Source of the DNA: Chitinophagaceae bacterium
GTDB taxonomy: Bacteria; Bacteroidota; Bacteroidia; Chitinophagales; Chitinophagaceae
DNA length: 64,000 bases
Direction of reading: 5' to 3'
Assembly: GCA_016706055.1 (NCBI GenBank)
Contig: JADJKL010000006.1
Coordinates: forward strand, 21,265 to 85,264
Shown here: positions 1-8,902 of the stretch, in pieces
Position numbering within the stretch: the first letter of the stretch is position 1
How the letters are laid out: each line of letters begins with the position of its first letter
Notes under the pieces: generated by a model
What the model saw: the letters and a program-made list of their open reading frames with translations, nothing else
Told to the model about the DNA's origin: nothing
The model's database searches: none
Program-made: the position numbers and the translations under genes

Positions 1-296
1 CCGAGTTTATAACCCTGTATCACATCTTCCTTCATGGTTTTTGCACTCAAAAAGAAAAGAGGAATATCAGGGTCTACATCTCGTATTTCTTCAGCCAGCG
101 TAAAGCCATCCATATTAGGCATCATTACATCCAGCAGGCATAGGTCAAATTTTTCCCGTTGAAAAGCAGCAAGACCAAGGCGGCCGTCTCTTTCAAGGGT
201 TACATCATAATCGTTTAGTTCAAGATAATTCTTAAGAACACTTCCAAGATTCGGATCGTCTTCGCACAATAATAATTTAGATTTCTTTGCTTCCAT
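1..296 (-). CDS. OmpR/RprY-like response regulator, receiver domain (runs off window edge)
   Basis: Manual translation MEAKKSKLLLCEDDPNLGSVLKNYLELNDY...DLCLLDVMMPNMDGF...FLSAK shows receiver motifs EDD, D-x-MMP and K. Confidence 0.88.
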   Translation of the reverse strand, partial: MEAKKSKLLLCEDDPNLGSVLKNYLELNDYDVTLERDGRLGLAAFQREKFDLCLLDVMMPNMDGFTLAEEIRDVDPDIPLFFLSAKTMKEDVIQGYKL

Positions 297-405
297 TTTC
301 TGGTGGTTTTATATTGATGACAAATAAAGTTAAAGCATTTCAAGGGTTCAAGTATCGGGGCTGAATATTTTGTTAAAAGACCTTCATTTCAAACCTTTTG
401 CTGCC

Positions 406-413
406 TACTTTTG
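406..413 (+). promoter_or_regulatory. Bacteroidota -7 promoter box TACTTTTG
   Basis: Matches TAnnTTTG upstream of the small ORF at 437 and the DUF853 gene. Confidence 0.5.
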
Positions 414-436
414 CATAATATAGTAAAAATTGTGCC

Positions 437-559
437 ATGCATAACACAAATGACAATGGGCGGAAGAAATAAATAATAATCGACGACCGCTTCTTGATAA
501 AACTCACTCGTCTTGATGAACGAACTAACACTATAAAAGCACAAAAAAGAGTATATTAA
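437..559 (+). pseudogene. Possible 40-codon small ORF interrupted by an in-frame TAA at 470-472
   Basis: MHNTNDNGRKK*IIIDDRFLIKLTRLDERTNTIKAQKRVY*; follows a -7 box. Confidence 0.3.
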
Positions 560-580
560 CACCCAATAAAAAAAATTGAA

Positions 581-2125
581 ATGGCGGATACAACTACTTT
601 TCTCGAAACTATAAATACAGGCTACACTTTCAAAGGTGAATCATTTAAAATCGGCTGTGCCATGATGGATGGAGCAGTGGTAAGTGGAGCAGATGTTTTG
701 ATTCCTTTTAAAACCTTAAACCGGCATGGATTAATTGCTGGAGCAACTGGTACAGGTAAAACAAAAACGTTACAGGTATTAGCCGAAGGATTGAGCGATG
801 CAAGTATTCCGGTATTGATGATGGATATTAAAGGCGACCTGAGTGGTATTGCCGCTGCAGGTACTTCGAACGATAAAATTGCAGACAGAAGTCAGAAACT
901 GAATATCGAATTTAAGCCAACAGCTTATCCTACAGATTTACTCACATTGAGTAATCAAAAAGGCGCAAGGTTAAGAGCAACAGTGAGTGAATTTGGTCCG
1001 GTACTTCTTTCAAAGATTTTGGGATTGAATGATACACAAGGCGGATTTGTAGCAATGATCTTCAAATATTGTGATGATAATAAATTGCCATTACTCGATT
1101 TGAAAGATTTTATTAAAGTGTTGCAATATGTGAGTGATGAGGGCAAAGCAGACATGGAAAAGGATTATGGAAAAATTTCCACCACTTCAACTGGGACCAT
1201 ACTTAGAAAAGTTATTGAATTACAACAACAAGGTGCTGATGTTTTTTTTGGTGAGAAGAGTTTTGAAGTAGATGACTTGATGAGGATTAATGAGGATGGA
1301 AAAGGAATGATCTCCATCGTAAGAGTAACAGATTTACAAGACAGACCAAAATTATTCTCCACTTTTATGTTACAATTATTGGCAGAGCTTTATGCTACTT
1401 GTCCGGAAGAAGGCGATATGGATAAGCCAAAACTGGTGATGTTTATTGATGAAGCTCATCTTATTTTTCAAGAAGCAAATGATGCTTTGTTGCAACAGAT
1501 TGAAACAATCATTAAATTAATCCGTTCCAAAGGAATTGGTATTTATTTCTGCACACAAAATCCGATGGATGTGCCAGCATCTGTATTGGCACAATTGGGA
1601 TTAAAAGTGCAACATGCTTTAAGAGCATTTACTGCAGCGGATAGAAAAGTAATAAAACAAACTGCGGAAAATTATCCGGAAACAGAATTTTATAAAACAG
1701 ATGAATTAATAACTCAACTGGGAACCGGTGAAGCATTAATCACAATACTAAATGAAAAGGGAATTCCTACGCCGCTGGTACATTGCATGCTTCGGGCACC
1801 GCAAAGCCGCATGGATATTTTAAGTGATGTGGAAATTGACAGTTTAGTTAGCAAATCAAAAATTGCCGCAAAGTATAATGAAGTGATTGACAGCAAAAGT
1901 GCTTATGAAATGCTGACGGAAAAACTAGAGGAAGCTGCTAAGCGGGATGAAAAAGAAAAAATGGAGGAAGAAAAAACTACTAAAAAAACTCCAGCTAAAA
2001 AGGAAAAAGGATTTTTTGATGATCCTACTGTAAAAAGTATGACAAGGACTGCTGGAAATAGTATTCTGAGAACTTTACTTGGAGTACTTGGTCTTGGTGG
2101 CAGAAGTAAAAAGAGTTTATTTTAA
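581..2125 (+). CDS. HerA-like/DUF853 (YjgR family) P-loop ATPase
   Basis: NRHGLIAGATGTGKT Walker A, DIKGDLSG, FIDEAH Walker B, TQNP, GLKVQHALRAF. Confidence 0.9.
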   Translation: MADTTTFLETINTGYTFKGESFKIGCAMMDGAVVSGADVLIPFKTLNRHGLIAGATGTGKTKTLQVLAEGLSDASIPVLMMDIKGDLSGIAAAGTSNDKIADRSQKLNIEFKPTAYPTDLLTLSNQKGARLRATVSEFGPVLLSKILGLNDTQGGFVAMIFKYCDDNKLPLLDLKDFIKVLQYVSDEGKADMEKDYGKISTTSTGTILRKVIELQQQGADVFFGEKSFEVDDLMRINEDGKGMISIVRVTDLQDRPKLFSTFMLQLLAELYATCPEEGDMDKPKLVMFIDEAHLIFQEANDALLQQIETIIKLIRSKGIGIYFCTQNPMDVPASVLAQLGLKVQHALRAFTAADRKVIKQTAENYPETEFYKTDELITQLGTGEALITILNEKGIPTPLVHCMLRAPQSRMDILSDVEIDSLVSKSKIAAKYNEVIDSKSAYEMLTEKLEEAAKRDEKEKMEEEKTTKKTPAKKEKGFFDDPTVKSMTRTAGNSILRTLLGVLGLGGRSKKSLF

Positions 2126-4021
2126 AGAAACCAAGCCGGTTTTGTTTACGCTTATTTTATTCTCAGCCTGAAGGAATTCAATAACCTTCCAGGCTTTTTC
2201 TTTTTTAACCCCATTCAGTTTTAATAGCAAGTCTTTAGTATGTAAAGGTTCATACTTTATGATATTGATAATGCGGTGATGAAGTGTATCAAATTCTTCT
2301 TTGCTAAGGCCAGATGCTTTTTGGCGAAGACAATTATCACAAATGCCACAAGCTTTTATTTTTTCATCTCCAAAATAGTTGCCAATCATTCTGCTTCGGC
2401 ATTCAGCAGTTTCGTTTACAAAAGTTACCATTTGTTTCATTCTCTGTTGAAACTGTTCTTTTCTTTTGTTGTAAGCAGCCATATCAATTCTTACATCTTC
2501 TGCTTTGATTCTGTTTACAGATAAAAAAAGTTGTGGCGTATCTTTTTGCGGCTGGTATTCGATAATGCCCATTTGATGTAAAAGGAGTAATTGATTTTTT
2601 ACTTCTTCAAGATCTGTTTTTAGTAATCCTGCCATCATTTTTTCTGAAATAGAAGATGGCTGATCAAAGATGCCTTCGTATGCCCTTAATAAAGTCTTTA
2701 TAACATTATCAAGTTTGACGTTTTCATTCTCAATATTTCTCAAATGGTTTTTATCAGTAGTAAATACAACTGATGCCGAATTAAAAACCTGTTCATTGAA
2801 AGTAAGCAGGTTCTCTTGTTCCAATGCTTTTAGAGAATACAGTGTTGTATGACCCTGTAGCTTAAATTTTTTTAAAAAGTCAGCTAGGTCGAAATCAAAA
2901 TAATGTCCTTCACCACTGCCAGTTGGTATTTGTAAATAATTGGCAACGCTTTGATACACATTTCTAATATCTTCTAAAGATGGGAACCTAAGATCTGCCA
3001 GGTTTTCTAATTCATGAATATCCCTGTCATCGTATAATAAAACAGCATAAGCGGTTTTGCCATCTCTTCCACCGCGGCCAGCTTCCTGATAATAATTTTC
3101 CAAACAATCGGGAGCGTCCGCATGAATAACAGTTCGGACATCGGGTTTGTCAATACCCATTCCAAATGCATTGGTGCAAACAATTACTCTTGTTTTATTA
3201 TTGATCCATGCTTCTTGTCTTTTACTTCTATCTTCTTGTGCAAGGCCCGCATGATAATAGTCTGACGAAATTTGTTGTAATTGTAAAAGTTCGCTAAGCT
3301 CTTTTGTTCTTCTTCTGCTTTTGCAATACACAATCGAAGTGCCATTTACTTTTCGTAATACCTCAATTATTTTATTGATTTTAGAATCAACTTTGAATGT
3401 GCTGTAAGAAAGGTTTGCTCTTTCAAACGATTGGCGGAAAATACGATGGCTTTGAAAATCCAGCTTTTCACAAATATCTTTTTGTACTTCTGGAGTTGCA
3501 GAAGCGGTTAATGCAAGCATCGGAACATCTGGTAATTCTTCCCGAAGTGCAGCGATGCGTAAATAAGGCGGACGAAAATCATAACCCCATTGTGAAATAC
3601 AATGCGCTTCATCTACAGCAATAAGATTTATCCCTAAACCCGGAAGATATTCTTTGAACAAAGCCGACTCTAATCGTTCAGGCGAAACGTATAAAAATTT
3701 GCAATTGCTTTCGCCTGCTACTTTAAAGGTATTGATTACTTCTTTGCGACTCATACCAGAATAAACGGCAAAAGCGGTTATTCCTTTTCTCCGAAGGTTT
3801 TCTACTTGATCTTTCATCAACGCAATTAAGGGAGATACGACAAGGCATAATCCATCCAGTGCCATTGCGGGAACCTGATAGCATAATGATTTTCCTCCAC
3901 CTGTTGGCATTAGTGCTAAACTATCTTTTCCATCAAGAATTGAATTAATAATATCTTCCTGCAGCGGACGAAAGGAATCATAGCCCCAGTATTGTTTTAA
4001 TATGGAATAAATATCCGCCAT
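2117..4021 (-). CDS. recQ: RecQ family ATP-dependent DNA helicase
   Basis: PTGGGKSLCYQ, DEAHCISQWGYDFRP, GMGIDK, QEAGRGGRDG, Zn motif CRS...CGICDNC. Confidence 0.95.
   Translation of the reverse strand: MADIYSILKQYWGYDSFRPLQEDIINSILDGKDSLALMPTGGGKSLCYQVPAMALDGLCLVVSPLIALMKDQVENLRRKGITAFAVYSGMSRKEVINTFKVAGESNCKFLYVSPERLESALFKEYLPGLGINLIAVDEAHCISQWGYDFRPPYLRIAALREELPDVPMLALTASATPEVQKDICEKLDFQSHRIFRQSFERANLSYSTFKVDSKINKIIEVLRKVNGTSIVYCKSRRRTKELSELLQLQQISSDYYHAGLAQEDRSKRQEAWINNKTRVIVCTNAFGMGIDKPDVRTVIHADAPDCLENYYQEAGRGGRDGKTAYAVLLYDDRDIHELENLADLRFPSLEDIRNVYQSVANYLQIPTGSGEGHYFDFDLADFLKKFKLQGHTTLYSLKALEQENLLTFNEQVFNSASVVFTTDKNHLRNIENENVKLDNVIKTLLRAYEGIFDQPSSISEKMMAGLLKTDLEEVKNQLLLLHQMGIIEYQPQKDTPQLFLSVNRIKAEDVRIDMAAYNKRKEQFQQRMKQMVTFVNETAECRSRMIGNYFGDEKIKACGICDNCLRQKASGLSKEEFDTLHHRIINIIKYEPLHTKDLLLKLNGVKKEKAWKVIEFLQAENKISVNKTGLVSLK
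2165..2200 (+). terminator. Hairpin + U-tract terminating the DUF853 gene, lying inside the antisense recQ 3' end
   Basis: agcctgaagg...ccttccaggct followed by tttt. Confidence 0.5.
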
Positions 4022-4035
4022 GGTATGCTGTGAAT

Positions 4036-6159
4036 TTACACCACTTTCTTTACGAACAGGCGAACAGAGTTAATAGCCAGCACAACATCACTTAATCCCA
4101 TTACCAATGCACCAAAAGTTGGAGTGAGAAATCCAAAGGCAGCAACAGGAATAGCAACAATATTATAGGCAAAAGCCCAGAAAAGATTTTGTTTGATAGT
4201 GAGGTAAGTATGTTTTCCCAAGCCTAAAGCTGTTGGAAGATTTTTTAAGCCATTATTCATTAATACTACATGTGCTGATTGTACAGCTATCTGCGAAGCA
4301 TCATTCATTGAAATGCCAATAGTTGCTTTTGCTAATGCAGGTGCATCGTTAATTCCATCGCCAACCATAGCAGTTGGCGATTCGGAACTTAATTCTGTAA
4401 TCTTGGCTAACTTTTGTTCGGGTGTTTGTTCAGCAATTACAGTATCAATATTCAGTTCTGTAGCAAGTTCATTGCATTTATCCAAACGGTCGCCGCTTAA
4501 TAAAATGGTTTCAATGTTTTTGCTATGCAGATAATTAATAACTGCTTTAGCCTCTGGTCGTATTTCATCTTTTACATCAATCCATCCGATCAACGATTCA
4601 TTTTTTGTTATATAAACATTGTGTGTGTTATCTGTTGTTAACTTATCAGCAATTTTATACGAACCTGCCCACCATGTGTTGCCATCATTATCTTCTGCTT
4701 TCATACCGAAGCCTTTTACTTCTTCTATTTTTTTCCAACGGATTTCTTCTTTCGATTTCCATTCTTCTACAATTGCTTTTGCGATTGGATGATTGGAATA
4801 TTTCTCAAGGCTATAGGTTGCTAGCTTAAACTGAGCTTCTTCAACCTGAGAATTAAAACCTGCTATTTGAAATTTACCTGTTGTTAATGTTCCCGTTTTA
4901 TCGAATACAACTCTCTTAATATTCTTAAAAGTTTCGAGGCTGGTCGCATTACGAAAAAGAATTCCAGTTTTGGCTGCACGGCCAAGCCCAACAGCAATAG
5001 CGGCAGGTGTGGCTAATCCCATAGCACAAGGACAAGCAATTACCAACACAGCAATGCTTCGCATCAACGCTGGTGTAAAATCTTTTAAAACAATCCAGCT
5101 TAATATCAGCGTAAGAGCAGCAATGCCTAAAACGATTGGGATAAATATGGCACTAATCTTATCTGCCAATTGTTGCACTGGTGGCTTTTCTCCCTGTGCT
5201 TGCTTTACCATGTTTATAATGCCTGATAATACGGTGTCTTTACCTACAGCAGTTACCTGTGCTTTTGCAGTACCATCACTTATCAGACTGCCGCCAATTA
5301 ATTTATCTTTTTTTACTTTATGAACAGGAATGCTTTCACCAGTAATAATTGCTTCGTTAACTTGTACATCACCCCAGAGTATTTTACAGTCAATCGGTAC
5401 TTGCTCACCGCTTTTCAGTAGAATCAAATCACCAACTCGCAGTGCTGTGTTTTCAACTGGAAAAACTTGTTCTTTGTGTTCATCATCAAAAGCAATCATA
5501 TTGGCCATCACCTTTTGGGATTTCGCCAATTGATTCAACTCTCTTTGCGTTGCGTTTACAGATGCTTCTTCTAAATAATTCCCCAAGAAAACAAGTGTAA
5601 TGATGGTGGCAGTTGTTTCATAAAACATATACTGCTCTGCTTGTCCTGTAAGCGATCCGTATAAGCTATAAAAGAATGCTGCTGTGGAACCAATCGCAAT
5701 CAACACATTCATATTTGGCATTCCATTACGAATACTTTTCCATGCACTCTTCCCAAAGAAACTCATGCCAACTATGTAAACAGGAATGGTAAGTGCTAAT
5801 TGCACCCAATGATTCATCAACCAGTGAATATGCAATCCTGGAATCATGTGCAACATTAGTACGGCGGTAAAGGGAAGGCAAAACCAAAAACGTTGTAAAT
5901 GAGTGGACAAAAATCCGGCATGTTCATCATCGTGGCTATGCCCATGCGAATGATCATCAGACTTTATTTTATAGCCAAGATCTTTTATGCCTTTTGCCAG
6001 ATCATCTTCTTTTTTTATATCGTTTAAATCAAATGAAACATCCCCAGTGCCAAAATTCACCTTTACATTCTTCATTCCCTTTTTTTCCAGGTACTTATGA
6101 ATGGTAAGTGCACAACTGGTGCAATCCATTCCATCTACTTTCCATTGAACTGTTTCCAT
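4036..6159 (-). CDS. copA: Heavy-metal P1B-type ATPase, Cu(I)-type (CopA-like)
   Basis: N-terminal GMDCTSC, His-rich linker, TGES, CPC, DKTGT, GDGINDAP, AFAYN. Confidence 0.85.
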   Translation of the reverse strand: METVQWKVDGMDCTSCALTIHKYLEKKGMKNVKVNFGTGDVSFDLNDIKKEDDLAKGIKDLGYKIKSDDHSHGHSHDDEHAGFLSTHLQRFWFCLPFTAVLMLHMIPGLHIHWLMNHWVQLALTIPVYIVGMSFFGKSAWKSIRNGMPNMNVLIAIGSTAAFFYSLYGSLTGQAEQYMFYETTATIITLVFLGNYLEEASVNATQRELNQLAKSQKVMANMIAFDDEHKEQVFPVENTALRVGDLILLKSGEQVPIDCKILWGDVQVNEAIITGESIPVHKVKKDKLIGGSLISDGTAKAQVTAVGKDTVLSGIINMVKQAQGEKPPVQQLADKISAIFIPIVLGIAALTLILSWIVLKDFTPALMRSIAVLVIACPCAMGLATPAAIAVGLGRAAKTGILFRNATSLETFKNIKRVVFDKTGTLTTGKFQIAGFNSQVEEAQFKLATYSLEKYSNHPIAKAIVEEWKSKEEIRWKKIEEVKGFGMKAEDNDGNTWWAGSYKIADKLTTDNTHNVYITKNESLIGWIDVKDEIRPEAKAVINYLHSKNIETILLSGDRLDKCNELATELNIDTVIAEQTPEQKLAKITELSSESPTAMVGDGINDAPALAKATIGISMNDASQIAVQSAHVVLMNNGLKNLPTALGLGKHTYLTIKQNLFWAFAYNIVAIPVAAFGFLTPTFGALVMGLSDVVLAINSVRLFVKKVV

Positions 6160-6163
6160 ATTA

Positions 6164-6245
6164 CAAATTTACTCAAACAAGATTAGTCAGTATTTTAAGA
6201 AACGGAAAATGTTTACAACATGGTTGCTATAACGCTGTAAATTTG
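6164..6245. promoter_or_regulatory. Divergent -7 boxes (TAAATTTG) for copA (6164-6171, minus) and tsaE (6238-6245, plus)
   Basis: Both match TAnnTTTG just upstream of the start codons. Confidence 0.65.
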
Positions 6246-6249
6246 AACT

Positions 6250-6675
6250 ATGGAATTGACTTACTCATTGAATGAAATAAATAAAGTAGCAGCTGAGTTT
6301 TGGGTAAAAGCTGAAGGCGGAAAAGTATTCGCATTTCATGGGCAAATGGGAGCTGGCAAAACAACTTTTATTCATGCTTTGTGTGAAGTTAAAGGTGTAA
6401 TGGATGTTATCAGCAGCCCAACCTTTCCAATAATTAATGAGTATAAATATGATTGTGAAGGAACCATGCGATTGCTGCTACATATGGATTTGTATCGCCT
6501 GAAAGATGAAGAAGAAGCCATAAGGGCAGGTGTAGAAGATGGCCTTTTTAGTGGCTTTATCTGTCTGGTAGAGTGGCCTGAAAAAGCTCCGGCTATTTTC
6601 CCTGACAATACGATACATGTGTATTTAGAGGTTGTAGATGAGAAAACTAGAAGAATAAAAATCGCTAAAAATTGA
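6250..6675 (+). CDS. tsaE: tRNA threonylcarbamoyladenosine biosynthesis ATPase TsaE
   Basis: GQMGAGKTT, SSPTFPIINEY, HMDLYRL, LVEWPE. Confidence 0.95.
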   Translation: MELTYSLNEINKVAAEFWVKAEGGKVFAFHGQMGAGKTTFIHALCEVKGVMDVISSPTFPIINEYKYDCEGTMRLLLHMDLYRLKDEEEAIRAGVEDGLFSGFICLVEWPEKAPAIFPDNTIHVYLEVVDEKTRRIKIAKN

Positions 6676-6749
6676 GTACATTTGAAATAGCTAAAAAACT
6701 TCTTAATTAATACTTTCGACTCCCGAATTCTTAACCAGCAATCAACTTA

Positions 6750-7964
6750 ATGAGTCAGCAAAAGCCTAAAATAAGTACTTCATTCAGTTATGAAACTTTG
6801 GAAGAAACGTTGGATATTAAGCCCAAAGTAGAGGGAATGATGATTGGTATACCAAAAGAAATTGCTTTTCAGGAAAACAGAATTGCACTAACTCCTGATG
6901 CAGTAAGTGTATTGATTAATAACGGCCATCAGGTAATGATTGAACACAATGCCGGAGAAGCCTCACATTTTAGAGATAAGGATTATAGCGAAGCTGGTGC
7001 AAAAATAGTTTACGACAGAGAGTCGGTTTTTAAAGCTCCCATACTTGTAAAAAGTGCACCAATTATTGATGAGGACTTACCGCTGTTACAACTAAATCAG
7101 GTCATCATTTCTCCTATACATATTTCTGTAATGAAGGTGGAAATTTTGGAAACGATGATGACAAAAAGAGTTACAGCAATTTCGTTTGAGAATTTAAAAG
7201 ATGATAGTGACTCTTACCCGATCGTTCGGAGTATGAGTGAAATAGCAGGAAGTGCTGTAATGCTGATTGCCGCACAATATTTAGGTTCTGCCAATCATGG
7301 TAAAGGTGTTTTATTAGGAGGTGTTTCTGGTATTGCACCAACAAAAGTTATTATAATTGGCGCCGGAATAGTAGGAGAGTATGCTGCAAGAGCCGCCTTA
7401 GCCTTAGGAGCTTCTGTAAAAGTATTTGATAATAGTGTATACCGGTTGAAGCGGTTGCAAAATAATATAGGGCAAAGATTATGGACTTCAGTAATAGAAC
7501 CACGGATGCTAGCCAAACAATTAAAAACTTGTGAAGTGGCAGTTGGTGCATTAGGTTCGCAAACAGGCAGAACACCTATGGTGGTGAATGAAGAAATGGT
7601 AAGTAATATGCGACCCGGTTCGGTAGTGATAGATGTTAGTATTGATAGAGGTGGCTGTTTTGAAACATCAGAGATTACTTCTCATGAGCATCCCATCTTT
7701 ATGAAATATGGTGTAATACATTACTGTGTGCCAAATATTCCATCCGGGTTTTCTCGCACAGCATCGCAGGCAATAAGTAATGTTTTAATGCCGCTGCTAT
7801 TAGAAGCAGGCGAAGAAGGTGGCTTTGAGAATCTTCTCTGGCACCAGATCCATTTGCGGAATGGTATTTATCTTTTTAAAGGCTCATTGACAAATTTTTA
7901 CCTCAGTCAGCGTTTTGATCTGAAGTATACAGACTTGAATTTGCTGATTGCAAGTCAGCGATAA
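6750..7964 (+). CDS. ald: Alanine dehydrogenase family protein
   Basis: IGIPKE...ENRIALTP, MSEIAG, IIGAGIVG, IDVSIDRGGCFETS, HYCVPNIP. Confidence 0.85.
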   Translation: MSQQKPKISTSFSYETLEETLDIKPKVEGMMIGIPKEIAFQENRIALTPDAVSVLINNGHQVMIEHNAGEASHFRDKDYSEAGAKIVYDRESVFKAPILVKSAPIIDEDLPLLQLNQVIISPIHISVMKVEILETMMTKRVTAISFENLKDDSDSYPIVRSMSEIAGSAVMLIAAQYLGSANHGKGVLLGGVSGIAPTKVIIIGAGIVGEYAARAALALGASVKVFDNSVYRLKRLQNNIGQRLWTSVIEPRMLAKQLKTCEVAVGALGSQTGRTPMVVNEEMVSNMRPGSVVIDVSIDRGGCFETSEITSHEHPIFMKYGVIHYCVPNIPSGFSRTASQAISNVLMPLLLEAGEEGGFENLLWHQIHLRNGIYLFKGSLTNFYLSQRFDLKYTDLNLLIASQR

Positions 7965-7982
7965 AATATTTAATGCAAAAGA

Positions 7983-8017
7983 AAAACCCCGTTCAACATT
8001 TAGCTAAACGGGGTTTT
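7983..8017. terminator. Bidirectional intrinsic terminator between ald and dksA
   Basis: aaaaccccgtt / aacggggtttt inverted repeat between convergent genes. Confidence 0.75.
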
Positions 8018-8037
8018 GTTATAATAAACAGTTAGTC

Positions 8038-8898
8038 TTATTTATTCATCGTCTGCTTCGCTTCTATGCTCAATGTAGCATGAGGAACAGCTCTTAATCT
8101 TGCTTTGTCAATTAACTGACCAGTAACACGACAAATACCATAAGTTTTATTTTCAATACGCATCATTGCTTTTTCCAAATGATCGATGAAAGTAATCTGA
8201 CGGCTTGCCATTTGGCTTAGCTGCTCTCTTTCCATACTTACACTACCATCTTCCATAGTCATGTAGCGACCTTCATCCATATCTCCACCTTCTTCTTTGC
8301 GGGTAATTAAACCTTGCAGATAAGTAAATTCTTTTTTAGCTGCATCCAGTTTTCTGGTAATAATTTCCCTGAATTCAACAAGGTCATTATCAGAATAACG
8401 CATAGTTGGGCCATTATACTGAGGAATAGACTGGTCTAATACTGATTTCGTAAAATCTGGTTCGTACTTTACTGAACTCTTGGTTGTTGTTTTTGGAATT
8501 ACAACTTTTGTGGCCTTCGGAGGTTCTTTTTTTATCACTGGTTTTACTTTTTGTTTGATAGAAACCAACGATTTCGGATCCACCTTTCCACCCTTTTTTG
8601 GAGCAGGAACTTCAGGTTTTACCTCCACTTTTGGAGCAGGTTTCGCAACTGCTTTTGGAGTAGGTTTTGCCACTGGTTTTGGAGTAGCCTTAGCTAACTT
8701 CTTAGGAGCTGCTTTTTTAGGAGCAGGCTTTTTCGCAACGGGTTTAGCTGCTTTTTTAGGAGCAGGTTTCGCCGCCTTTTTAGGTGCAGATTTTTTCACA
8801 GTTTTCTTTGCCGCTGGTTTTTTTGAAGCAGCTTTAGGTGCGGGTTTGGTAGCTTTTTTTATTGCCTTTTTAGGAGCCGTTTTCTTTTTAATAGCCAT
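8038..8898 (-). CDS. dksA: TraR/DksA family protein with long Lys/Ala/Pro-rich N-terminal extension
   Basis: C-terminal LEKAMMRIENKTYGICRVTGQLIDKARLRAVPHATLSIEAK; start placed at MAIKKK. Confidence 0.85.
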   Translation of the reverse strand: MAIKKKTAPKKAIKKATKPAPKAASKKPAAKKTVKKSAPKKAAKPAPKKAAKPVAKKPAPKKAAPKKLAKATPKPVAKPTPKAVAKPAPKVEVKPEVPAPKKGGKVDPKSLVSIKQKVKPVIKKEPPKATKVVIPKTTTKSSVKYEPDFTKSVLDQSIPQYNGPTMRYSDNDLVEFREIITRKLDAAKKEFTYLQGLITRKEEGGDMDEGRYMTMEDGSVSMEREQLSQMASRQITFIDHLEKAMMRIENKTYGICRVTGQLIDKARLRAVPHATLSIEAKQTMNK

Positions 8899-8902
8899 AA
8901 TA

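Noticed and set aside
8620-8890. Recurring ttttaggagc-type repeats as a possible CRISPR or VNTR
   Set aside because: They reflect repeated PKKA codons; no constant repeat-spacer period and no cas genes
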